A stretch of DNA of 64,000 nt from contig CATNEN010000011.1 of NCBI GenBank assembly GCA_950097015.1, positions 3,782,001-3,846,000 on the forward strand, in the 5' to 3' direction. A program made the position numbers and the translations under genes. Numbering within the stretch: position 1 is the stretch's first letter; every line of letters starts with the position of its first letter. Under the pieces are notes generated by a model, which was given only the letters and a program-made list of their open reading frames with translations, was not told where the DNA came from and made no database searches. Below, in pieces: positions 47,745 to 58,459 of the stretch. This stretch comes from Macrostomum hystrix. Taxonomy: Eukaryota > Animalia > Platyhelminthes.

Positions 47745-49607
47745 TCAAAAGGTTGAAAAGTCTCCAGATCTCACGAACAACGAAGCACAATCATCATATT
47801 CATATTCATCGTTGACTTCATCAATATCGCCACACACCTCGGTAATTGTTTCGATAATGGCATTTATTGACTTCTTTGCCGCATCGATTTCTTCCTCCTG
47901 TTCGCAGCTCGGCGGTTGCCCAACATTCTCAGCGCCCAGGCTGGTTACTGTCACGGAGTTCAGCTGGTCCAAGCGGGCCTTGGCGACTCGCACGTTTTCG
48001 CACCTGAGCGCCTCTCGCAGGGCAGCCGCCTCCGAGTAGCGTTTTGAAATTAAGCCTGCAATTCTCACCTTCCGCTGAGTGGAATTCAGCAGCTGTTCCA
48101 GGCAGCTCTTCTCAAGGTCGAGGAAGTCGATGAGGTCTTTTATTAGGTGGTTCCATTGTCGCAGGCTTTCGCTCACACGATCGGCTTCCTCTGAGTCGTG
48201 CTCCAGCTGCAGCAAAAGCTTCTGACAGTCGTCCTTGAAATGTTGAAGTTTCTTTAGATTTTAGAGTGCTTCAAACGTTACATCTTCACTGAGCTGCCAG
48301 CAACCATCTCCTTAAATCCATTGGGTAAATTAAGAGCCGTGGCACAGATTGGTTTGAGAGTTTAAGAGTTTGGAAGCTCCAATCTTAGCCCAAGAGAAAC
48401 TCTTGGAATTAGTTTATGGACTAAACAGCTAGCTGTACACAACCTATAATATAATAATAATGGCAGGAGGGCTGTGGGCAATGGCACATAATTGGTGACA
48501 CTAGATCAGTAGCCAACGAGGAGGCCATTCCGCCCATTTCGCTGACTCCTGAGCACACACACTCTCAGATACCGTACGCAGGCACATCCTCCCATAGGTG
48601 TGAACATCTGCCCTGACTTTCTCATCGTCACGCAGTTTACACTTTCACTGTGCCTTGGAGGTTGGACCTCAAGGGCGTAAATCGCACTTCAAGCCCCCAA
48701 GCCTTCTCTCAGCGGCTGCTCCACAAATAAATGTGGCCTCGCCGCGCAATCGAGCCAAGGGATATTGAAGCGAGAGGCAAAGGCGTTAACCGCTCTGCCA
48801 CCGACCTTCCGTACACAACCTAAGCGATGCGCAGTGGTTGTACATCTGTCCTAACTGGGTTCTATCTGAATGAGAATCATTCGTACACCTACTAGTAGTC
48901 AACCGTTTTTGCTCCACAGTTTGAAAGTTCATGAAATATTTTTATGTACCTGAAACTTTATACGATGCGCGCTAAAGTGCAAATCGCAAAGATCCCGATC
49001 ACAATGGTGGCACCTTGCCAGTACAGGCGTGGAGCATTGCTGACCTCTTTCAGCCATTTGACAGATGGCGGTTAGCCTTGGATTTGACTTCAAAGCCTGG
49101 ATGAGCCTGTACATGGATTTGTTCTGCACTGCAGGAGTCACGAGCGGGTCTCTGCACTCGGGACACCTGGCTTCTGCTTCCGATCTCGCCTCTTCGATGA
49201 TGCCATTGTAGCATCTTCGGCACAGGGTGTGGTGGTTCTGACACACGAAGCACGGGTCCTTAAATGTACTCAAGCATACTGGACATTGCAAGTCCTTGTC
49301 TTGCTGTCCACCTTGGTGAAAGAATTGGGGTTTTGAAGTATGTTAAAATACTATAACCCCTTAATGTTTTCTCGCACCTTTAAATATATCAAGAGACTCA
49401 TCATTTATAGCGCGCCTGTTCCATCAATAAATGCAGTTTTCTTCTCTCTGGGGTTTTCAGTGTCTCAAGAATTGAAAGTCACAAAAATCTGCTTATGAAT
49501 GTCTGGGTTCCATGTCAAGAAATATACCTCATTTTTAAGGTTAGACGCAAATAATTTTTAAACCGAAAAGCTCTGCACTTACTATCGGTCGTGTCTAGCG
49601 TGTCCAT
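47745..49607 (-). CDS. RING / B-box-like / coiled-coil (TRIM-like) protein; exons 49607-49583, 49311-48950, about 48251-47745
   Basis: CPVC...CQNHHTLCRRC...CPECR RING; CHHCDRDLCDLHFSAH B-box-like; heptad-rich third exon; third-exon acceptor uncertain. Confidence 0.65.
48446..48806 (-). mobile_element. SINE family A, full length with (TTA)n-like tail
   Basis: Matches 6823-7130; tail attattattat. Confidence 0.8.
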
Positions 49608-50862
49608 TCGAGCGCTGTTGGCCGTTTCAACTAGCGAAAACTTTCCCAGCCTCTGTCTCACTTTATATATTTCTAACTGAATTGAGTTAAAGAACAATGT
49701 GCCATACAAAATAGCCATAGGTATAAAAAGGTCTACACAAGAGAAGCTAATCCTTCTTTCTAAACAAAAGTGTCTAATTTTTGTAACAACCAAGCCTGTC
49801 TACTGCATGTACTTCGGATGAGCAGCTACGATTATCATGAGTAGTATGGGTTAGCAGAACCCTGCCGAACAGTGGAGAGATAGGAGCGCCCGCGGGGGGT
49901 TCACCGAGTGTGGGGTGCTGGCCGCACGTGGGTTGGTGGCCGGGGGCCAGGGGAACGATTGTAGAACCCTGCCGAACAGAGAGATAGCCCGGCAGAAAAA
50001 AACTGGCTTACTAAGTCTTATAAGTGCTATGCTTTAGTTATGCCTAACTTACTAAGACAGCTTGTTTATTTTTGTCAACATGCTTAGCTTTCTAAGTTTT
50101 AATAAGTACTTTCTACGAACTTAAAAAGTTTAGTATGTTTATAAAAAATAACCGCGTAATATGACAACTGGCTTTAAAAGCATGTATAGTACATTGGAAA
50201 GCTTTGCGCGTATTCGATACCTTATATGCACAAAATGTATGTTGTTTGTACTACATGCGACTGTTACACTGTAGTGTATGCAGATTAAAATGATCAAAAA
50301 CGTTCATGATTAGAAACAAGCATTGATAAGTACGTAAAGTACAATTTATTACTATTAATCAATCAGTCGATGATCAAGCGGCAAGATTTTGTACGTTCAA
50401 ATGTAGTTTTCACTTTTAGTGAGAATTTTCAGTTTTAATTAATTGGAACAAAATTAAATCTAGCCTAGGTAATGCTTCAGTATGATCAATCAGTTTTTTT
50501 CTCACAAGCTTAATGAAAATGTGTGTTTTCTTATTTCAACAGCAAGAAATAGTGATTTATTCAATCCTGCTGGTTATTAATAAACAATTTGTTTGTTCAC
50601 CCTGGTTTCGTACAAATTTTAAAAATAGTTGTGCAATTGCGAGGCGCCACGAGGGCCAGAGCTTATTGGCACGATTGGATTTGAATTTTTCTTCCGATAG
50701 TAGAAGACCACCAATTACTATTTCGCCCTCAAGAAAGCGAATTTCTTGCTGTTCTTATTCATTCTATTTACTGTTTCCACTATTACTTGTTAATTTAGTT
50801 TTCAGAGGGCATGCAACAATGTAATATTCCTGCACGAAAACGAGTGCGTCAATGATATAGTA

Positions 50863-52081
50863 ATAAACGGCTATGAGTGCTGCAATGTTTTTAACCGAGG
50901 GCGCGTAGCGCCCGAGGTTTAAAACCTTGCAGTACGAATAGCCGTTTATCACTGGCATTGTATACTTTTGGACCACAGACAGTTGGGGCGTGCAACAATC
51001 AGTCTCACGGAGCGGATATTATAGCCAGCGGTCGCGCGGGGCGTGCAGCAATCGATTATTTTGTCGATTGGTGCACGCCCGAAATGTCTATGGTCCAAAA
51101 GTAGACCGCCTGACTTAGGGCAGCAAGAGAACTCAGTTTGGGGAAGGCTGTAAGACAGCGAGACGAGCCGTGGCATTACCGGGCTGCCTAGAACCATGTT
51201 TCCAAGGATGACTGGAGATCCGATTTACGGAGCAAGTACCGGCGTTCCATTAGGACTGGTGCACATGTCTCAAGGTGACGTCGTGGGTGCGTCTAACTCC
51301 GAGGTTGGCGAGCGAGTCCAACGGGAGACCGCTATGCAAGTTATGCTTGACGACCTGGCGCAGCTGGACGCGACGGAGCTCGAGGATCTGTTAGGCAACC
51401 GAGACCCCGAGCAAGCCCTGCTGGACGAGATGGACACGATGCAGCTGGACAACACGCCGCGGTCCATTCTTACGCAGGAGAACTGGGCTTTGCGCAAATT
51501 TAACGAGGTGCTGCAAATGAAGAACTACCCGTGCAATCTGGAGACTGCAGGTGTTCAACAGATGGTTACCGCCCTGCGCATTTTCTACGCCTTCATCCGC
51601 AAACTAGATGGCGGGTACTATGCCCCGGCCTCATTGATTACCGCGCGTGCAGGTGTGTTCAGATATCTGATGCGTACCCGAGGAATCAATATCATCGAAG
51701 ATAAAGACTTCGCCAAGGCAAATCTGCAATTGAAGGCCACGGCCGCAATGTTCATCAAGGAAGGTGGCTCCGTGATGCGATTCTGCGCCTTGGAGACGGT
51801 GGACCTCGAAAAGCTGCGCGTCTACTTCGATAGGAGTGATCCGATGAAGTTGCAGCAAGAGATGTACTATGTAGCTGCGGTGCATTTCGGGTTGCGGGGT
51901 CGCGAATGGTTCAGAAAGTTGACTACAGATTCCCTGATCGGATGCACCATCAATGGCCGGCGTGTATTCCGGTTGGCCTCAATGGAGTCCAAAAACGTGC
52001 GCGGGAGCTTGGAAACGAGCTGGTCGGCCGAGGATAGGAAGCAAAGTGTCCTGGTCGAGACTCGTGAGAGCGGATGCACAT
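50863..52081 (+). mobile_element. Crypton element 4 (3'-truncated); YR pseudogene from 51196 to about 52080
   Basis: ALRIFYAFIRKLDGGYYAPASLITARAGVFRYL, DLEKLRVYFD, HFGLRGRE, ESKN; HxxR/H/Y region lost at the Gypsy junction. Confidence 0.8.
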
Positions 52082-53800
52082 TACCAGGCTTTGTAATACA
52101 CGCACAATCTCAAGAACGATTGGACCTTCGCAGCACTGCAAGGCCTTGGCCAGTTTTGAATCTCCGCACACTTCTCGGGGTTCGCGGCAATTCCATCCTT
52201 TGAGATCACGTGACCTAGGAACTTGATTCGGTCGGCAAGGAAGACACATTTCGCGGGCTTTAGCCTAATGTTAGCTGCCCGGAGACACTGAAAAACGTGC
52301 AAGAGGCGCTCAAAGTGCTGCCGGACTGTTATAGAAAAGACGACAATATCGTCGAAATACACGAGGCACTCCTTCCAGTTCACCTCGGATAGCGCCATAG
52401 ACATGAGTCTCGTGAATGTCGACGGGGCGTTCCTGAGCCCGAAGCTCATGCAATTCCAGGCGAACTGTCCCCGATTCGGCACTACGAAGGCCGTCTTCAA
52501 CTGATCTTTTGGATCCAACGGGCACTGATGGTACCCGGCAGCCAGATCCATGGTGGAGAAGATGCAGTTTCCCCCAAGGCATCCAGCGTCTCATCCATCC
52601 TGGGCGGAGGTAGCGGATCCGGCACAGTCACGCTGTTTAGCCGCCTGTAATCCAAACACATTCGGAGGCTGCCATCCGGTTTCTTGACCGGCACCACCGG
52701 GCTCGACCAGGGTGACTGGCACGGGAATATGTGGCCTTCGGCCAGAAGCTGATCCACCTGTTTGTTGACTTCCTCTCGCCAGTGGGGCGGTAGCCGACGC
52801 AGCGGCTCACTTACCGGCTTTGCGCTGCCCGGTGTTAATCTCGTGGGACAAGAGGCCCGTCAGGCCAAGTTCAGAGCTGTCTTTGGCAAACACATCGCGG
52901 TTTCTGGCGACAAGCTCCACGAACTCCCTCGACTCACCCTCAGTTAGGCCACACGACCCCCACTCCTTCACTTCGCTAAGGGGGTTCCACGAATCCTCCT
53001 CAGACTGCACAGTGTTCAGCTGCAGCTCTGCCGGCTGCTGCGCTGAGATCGGCGAGAACCAGCCGATGCGCGCCCTCTTTTTCATTGACAGGCTGGACTC
53101 GGACATGTTCATGATCCTGACTGACAGATGCCCGTCCTGACTCGGCATCTGCACGGACCGGGCCAGGAGGTGCTCACGCTCACCTTGCCGACAGGGCTCT
53201 ACCATTCCTGGAAACTGGAAACCTTTCGCTCCTTTTCTCTGCAGGCGAACCGGAATCAGCATCTCCTCTCCCATACTCATCCGGATATTCTGGCACAGTA
53301 CAATACGACAAAGAAGCGGCCTCTCAGCGCACAGGCGAAAAGGATACACGCTGGTTTCTGTCTGCAGGCAGTGTTTGGCAAAATCAATAATCATGCAATG
53401 CTTAGAAAAAAATCTGTTCCAAGAATGCAAGGCTGTGAAATTCCGTCGACAACCAGGAACTCGTGTGTGAAATTTGTCTCCCCAATTGAAAAATGAAATT
53501 GAATGTTGCCCTGAATTTCGATCGGCTCACCCTTATCAGTAAAAATAGAAAAATCTAATACGTTCTGTTTTGCAATTGACCTTTAATATTTTCAGCTTCT
53601 AAGAAACGATTGCTAAGCAAAGTTACGTTGGACCCACTGTCCAGCAAGCAAGCTACCAGAGGCCCCGACTCGAACTTCGCGTCGATGTAGCCCAGCCCAG
53701 CTCTCCCAAGCACACCGTGGGTCTGGGTCGAGGGCCCTGGCGCTTTTTCAGTTACTGAAATCGGGGCCCGGGACGCTGGCCTAGCCGGGCCCCCATCCCG
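52082..53800 (-). pseudogene. Gypsy pol (protease-RT) with several frameshifts, truncated before RNase H
   Basis: LLDSGSNVT, CILGTDFF, SPWSSPVVPVKKPDGSLRMCLDYRRLN, DLAAGYHQ, KTAF, FGLRNAPSTF, LVYFDDIVVFS spread over different frames. Confidence 0.88.
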
Positions 53801-54699
53801 TTTCCCTGCTGCCGAGCAGCCTGTTGATTCGGGCATCTGGCGCGGGTGTGACCCGGCTGGCCACAGGCGTAGCATGCCACCCGATTCCTGCACTCCGCCG
53901 TCGAATGTCCAGCCTGAAGGCACCTTCCACAGCTCTTGGCCGACTGAGGCGCTGCTGCTGACTGTGGCTGTGGGCTCGGCCTCCCAGCATGCGCAGACGC
54001 ACCTCCTTGCTTCAGCTGCGCGATTTCCGCCTTCAAGCTAGCGATCTCCGCTGCCATGCGGGCTGCCTGACTTTCAGCCGCCGCGGCAGCCTGGTTGTTC
54101 ACCACGTGAACTGACCGCTTCCCTTCCAGCAGCTTCATCGAAGCCAGAGTCTGGCGGACTCGCTGGATGGCGGCCTGTAGCGTGTCAGGGTCCTGCAGCA
54201 GCACGTTCTCAAGCACCCTGTCCGGCACCCGAATCCCCTTGAGGAAGCGGTCTTTCGCTAGCTCGTCCCTCTGCTCCACCGGCAGCGCCAGGTACGCCTT
54301 GCGCATTAGCTCCTTCAGAGCGTCAGCGTAGTCCTCAAGAGCCTCCCCGTCTCTCTGATTCCTGCTCTGAAATTCCGTCTTATAGTCCTGAGCCGTTCGA
54401 TTTCGACTAAACCGAGCCTCCAGCTGTTCAACGAACTGGTCATAACCTAACTCCTCGTCCAACTCCATGTTGGCCACTGCCTTGAAGGCCGTGCCGAAGT
54501 CAAGGAGACTCAACAAAGTCTGTTTCCTCTGATCCTCGGGGATCTGGGTGGCCTCGCAGTACGCATTAAATTGCTGCAGCCAGAGAGCAAAATCTTGACT
54601 GGGAACATATTTATTCGGACGAGAGATTCTCTGACCCACATGAAGCTGTTCCTGGATTCTCGCTGTCAACGCACCAATGAGATCGTCTAATCCGGCCAT
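53752..54699 (-). CDS. Gypsy Gag with two CCHC zinc knuckles
   Basis: ATG at 54699; CGRCLQAGHSTAEC and CYACGQPGHTRARC. Confidence 0.85.
   Translation of the reverse strand: MAGLDDLIGALTARIQEQLHVGQRISRPNKYVPSQDFALWLQQFNAYCEATQIPEDQRKQTLLSLLDFGTAFKAVANMELDEELGYDQFVEQLEARFSRNRTAQDYKTEFQSRNQRDGEALEDYADALKELMRKAYLALPVEQRDELAKDRFLKGIRVPDRVLENVLLQDPDTLQAAIQRVRQTLASMKLLEGKRSVHVVNNQAAAAAESQAARMAAEIASLKAEIAQLKQGGASAHAGRPSPQPQSAAAPQSAKSCGRCLQAGHSTAECRNRVACYACGQPGHTRARCPNQQAARQQGNGMGARLGQRPGPRFQ
53763..53806 (-). other. -1 programmed ribosomal frameshift signal between gag and pol
   Basis: Slippery G GGA AAC in the gag frame, 6-nt spacer, then stem ggggcccgg/ccgggcccc; pol lies in the -1 frame. Confidence 0.75.
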
Positions 54700-54770
54700 G
54701 ACGCACAGCACTCTCTCTCACTCTACAACCAGACGTCAAAAAAACTGAATCACCGGTAGCACCAACTGAA

Positions 54771-54788
54771 ATCCTGGTCACGGCACCA
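54771..54788 (-). other. Primer-binding site, tRNA-His-like
   Basis: TGGTGCCGTGACCAGGAT 2 nt after the LTR end; resembles the complement of the tRNA-His(GUG) 3' end. Confidence 0.7.
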
Positions 54789-54790
54789 GT

Positions 54791-55236
54791 TGTTGTGACT
54801 CACGGTCCTACAGCCTTTGGGGAAGCTGCGACAGCCCCAGGTCCCAGTCGGGTGCCACCCGTTCCGCCTCCCAAGGAATGGCAGAAAATAACTCACAGTA
54901 TCTCGGCTGATGCAACAGTTAGTAGCCGGTCGGTTTTATTTGCAATAAGATAGACAGTCTCGTAACAGGTGGGCAGACGAGGTTAGCAGGGTCTAATTAA
55001 CTGGGCACAACTATATAGCTATGTTGGCACCACAGAACTCTGGGCTTTAGCGACAAAACAAACAGGGGGTGGGGTACGAGAGCGCGCAAGGCGGGTGAGA
55101 TGTACATTCAACAATTAGGGGTAGGCTGGGCGATCGAAACATATGAACTGGGGTGGGGCACGCTAGCCGACTGGCGGGGCAGGGAATGAGAAAGAGATGA
55201 AAATGATAGGGCAGAGGTGAGGGCTGCGTCACAACA
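54791..55236 (-). repeat. Gypsy 5' LTR (446 bp)
   Basis: 9-bp inverted termini TGTTGTGAC/GTCACAACA adjacent to the PBS. Confidence 0.85.
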
Positions 55237-55357
55237 CAATGAACCAGAAAGACAGAAAGTTGTGAGTTCAATTTGCTCTTGGTGAAGTGAATAGTTTATG
55301 TATAGTAAAATACTAATTATAGCTAAATCTCCGTGACCGTGTACATGGATCAATTGC

Positions 55358-55938
55358 ATGCCTAAATTCCTGCTTAGATTGAGCTACTCAGAGACGCACC
55401 GGTGGCCGAACGACCGACAAGACTATCTGCAGAATGATCGACTTTTTGCTGACTACCCAGTTTCAAACGCAGTTCAACCAGACAGGCTAAGATTACACAC
55501 AATCCGGGAGACCAAAGTTGAAGATCAGCTTTGTAGAAATTATCAAGCCTTATCAGTGCCTAAAGGTAGGCACTTCGTATTCTCCATAGTTCCTGCATAT
55601 GGATTTTCATATGTACATATTTTTTTCGTTGATTAATTTCTGCATGCTTGCCTTGGGTTATGTATTCCTTTTGTATTAGTCTTCTACTTGCGTGTTGCCA
55701 TTTACTCTTCTGGTCATTTCTAGACGCAATGGCGAATTCCGGCGTTTCTGATTGGTCGGTTGGAGCTCGCATTGCGCGCTACCTGCAAGATGTCCGCCAG
55801 CGCCTGACATCCGAAGAAAAAGCTGCAGCCACTGTGCGCGCGCCTCGGCAGGCAGCCTGGGTGCTGCAGAGCGACAGCGACGAGTCACCCCCGCCTCTTC
55901 GCAAACGCGCGCGCGTGACTGGCCTTATCGAGGAGTGA
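55358..55938 (+). pseudogene. Disrupted DUF4806/BEN-like gene inside the CMC element
   Basis: One frame gives RMIDFLLTTQFQTQFNQTG*...KLKISF; after an intron SVGARIARYLQDVRQR and an NLS-like PLRKRAR; frames inconsistent. Confidence 0.4.
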
Positions 55939-56582
55939 CAGATTACAACACTGACATGTGCTACATAGTTGTAGTTTTTGGTAGGGCTTTGCAGATATCC
56001 ACGAATCTACGAATAATATAAACGTTGAACATTTAAGTTAAAGTTTTTATCCTTATCACATTAGTGTGTCTCATTCACTTTCTACGGCATCTCATATAAG
56101 CATCGCGTTAATTTTTTTTTTACAACTTCTGTTGTTGGCCTGTGCTCCGAAATATCGAGCTGAACATGCAAAGTTCTTTATACGCATTTTAGTCACAGGG
56201 GCTGTTGCTATAAACCATTCTATAAGGCTACTATCAAATATATATAATAAAAAGTTTTTTGTTATTTCGCGCTGTTGTTAAGTTTGCTTTCCTATTACTC
56301 ACCTTTTGAGTCATATGATTTTGCATACTGTGTTCAAGTCCTCTTTATTTGCCTATTCGCTTGCCATTTTAAACCATCCGAAGTAACGCCCTTACGATTA
56401 GGCACAATGACAAAACGCTATCGAATCGCAAAGTATAAGTATAATGCACATGTAGAATACTACTTGAGACTAGCTTACTACTAAACAATTATAGCTACGT
56501 CGTAAAACACAAAGTACGAAAAATCTATATCGAGCGAACCCTGCTTCCATTACCTATCATCTCGAATCGACATCGATTTTGA

Positions 56583-57337
56583 CATCGTTTTCGACGTACA
56601 TTCGAGGTTGAAAACGATGTAGTTTTACCGGAAACTCGCACGACCTCGTTTCGAGATCGAAGCGAGATTGCGCGCCCCAGTGGGGAGTTGCCGGCATTTG
56701 AAGAGGACCCGGGGACAGCTGCAGAATGTGTATCACCTTCGGTTAGTGACGAGGAGGCAGGAAGTGATGGCAGCAGCAGTGAGGTTGAAGATGGTATTGG
56801 ACGTGAGCCTGCGGACCCTGCTTTGCAAATTTCCACTCAGAGTGATAGCAGATCTGATTTGCAAGTTCAGCTGCTTAGGGTACTAGTGCGGCAGAATAAG
56901 GCAATGAACAACACATTGGTTGGTATTTTGAGAGAGTTGAAAAAGGCCAACAAGCAGGCTTTGAAATCTAATACCACTGCTTCTGTCCGAGTGCCCGAGA
57001 CCATTGATTTGACACCAGTTGTATTTGATGGGAAGGATCTGATGCAGTGCGTGCGGCGGAATGCCACTGCCTCAATGTTTGGAGTTGAGGTTGTGCGATG
57101 TCTGTGGGCAGATGACGAGCTGAAGGCTGGCCGGATTGGTGTCTGCAGCGAAACACTGGCCGACAACCGCTTGACGAGGCAAGGCAACAAGTTTGGCTTC
57201 AGGCTTGCCGGCAAAGGTTCGGGGAAGATGATGACATGCTTGAGGAAGCTGCTCAGGCCGTCAACCAGCTTGGACTTGACCTGAAGAACAATCGACGAAT
57301 GCGCAACCAGAACACAAACCCTGCTGCCAGTGACTAA
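56583..57337 (+). pseudogene. Acidic / coiled-coil / BEN-domain gene with one frameshift near 57150
   Basis: ASMFGVEVVRCLWADDELKAGRIGVC then, in a shifted frame, RNTGRQPLDEARQQVWLQACRQRFG...AAQAVNQLGLDLKNNRR*. Confidence 0.6.
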
Positions 57338-58459
57338 TTGCGTGACAAGACTAGTGTTGGACATCGTTTACATATTTTTACCACCGCTATTAATGAAAGT
57401 AAAATGTTAAAATGCTAAATTATTTGCGCGTCTCAGATCTCATTGTTTTGGTGTCTCCTATTTTTGATTGAGTGATGCATTTTTATATAATGGGAGATGT
57501 GGGATTTTTAATGACTTTATTTTAATGAACATCTCCATTCTCTGTTTGCTAATTTTATTTTCTTTGTTGTTAAAATTGGAAGTAAATGGAAATAAATACA
57601 GTGCGTTTTTATGGCTGCAGTGTGCACATCGGAATTAGTGCAAATATCCGTTATTTTGTCCAGTGGCCTACTGGTAACTTTGGATAAATAAAGTGGGCTG
57701 GATTTTTTTTCGCTGTAAATATTTTGATTGTTATCTGTATGCATGAGTCCAAAGTCAACTGGAACTGATGTAAAAAATTAGGCATTGATGAAGCAATACA
57801 TGTGATAATATTGTACCACGTCTAATGCATTCTAAACCTCATCTAGACGCTTAAAAGCACACGGAGACTCACTAGAACTACGTGCATATATAATCATAAA
57901 GGTTACACATTTTCATATTATCGCCTCTTATTATTATGAGTACTTACTAAGTCTTATTAAGTTACATACTCAACTAAGTAAGCTATGACTAAAACTTGCT
58001 TGACATACTAAGTATTACTAAGTAGTTGGTAAATACTTGCAAGTACTTACTAAGTTTAAGACACATGACTTATTACGACTTAGTAAGTATAGCCTGTTTT
58101 TTTCTGCCGGGAGGAGCGCCCGGGTGGCGGGCGGGGCTCGCAGAGCTGGATTGGGGTTGGGTTGGTTGCGTTCATATTTTTACACTGGGACTGGCTAACA
58201 CCGCAGTGATAGGAGGAGAGGGTGGCCTATCATATTGTTGGTGTTGGGTGCTTTGGGGTGGAGGTTTCAAAGGGCTTCAAAAGGAGGAGGAGTGCAGAGT
58301 TTTTAAAGTCCATAGGGTAGAATTAAAATGTGAATCAAGTCTAGAATCAGTCTAGTGGGAAATTTGAAGAGACAGAAGCATGGTTGAAAAGAAAACAGAT
58401 TTAAAAGGAAACGGAAGCTAAACAAAAGTACAACTGCACCGACAGAAATCAGTCAGATT

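Larger units (their letters stand above)
52082..55236 (-). mobile_element. Ty3/Gypsy LTR retrotransposon, 5' half only (LTR, PBS, gag, protease, RT)
   Basis: LTR 55236-54791 with TGTTGTGAC...GTCACAACA ends; gag; LLDSGS protease; CLDYRRLN, YFDD RT; no RNase H, integrase or 3' LTR. Confidence 0.9.
49988..58111. mobile_element. 8.1-kb CACTA/EnSpm (CMC)-type element with 2-bp TSD; no transposase recognised
   Basis: AG|CCCGGCAGAAAAAAAC ... GTTTTTTTCTGCCGGG|AG; subterminal ACTTACTAAG repeats at both ends; empty-site twin at 49875-49892. Confidence 0.8.

Noticed and set aside
48261-48263. Premature TAA making the TRIM-like gene a pseudogene
   Set aside because: In-phase acceptors just downstream (e.g. 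ctaaag| at 48251) bypass it, and the upstream open stretch is only 16 codons.
57150-57284. C-terminus of the 198-aa ORF as called by the ORF track
   Set aside because: After about 57150 the alternative frame gives a coherent BEN-like continuation, so the called tail is probably out of frame.
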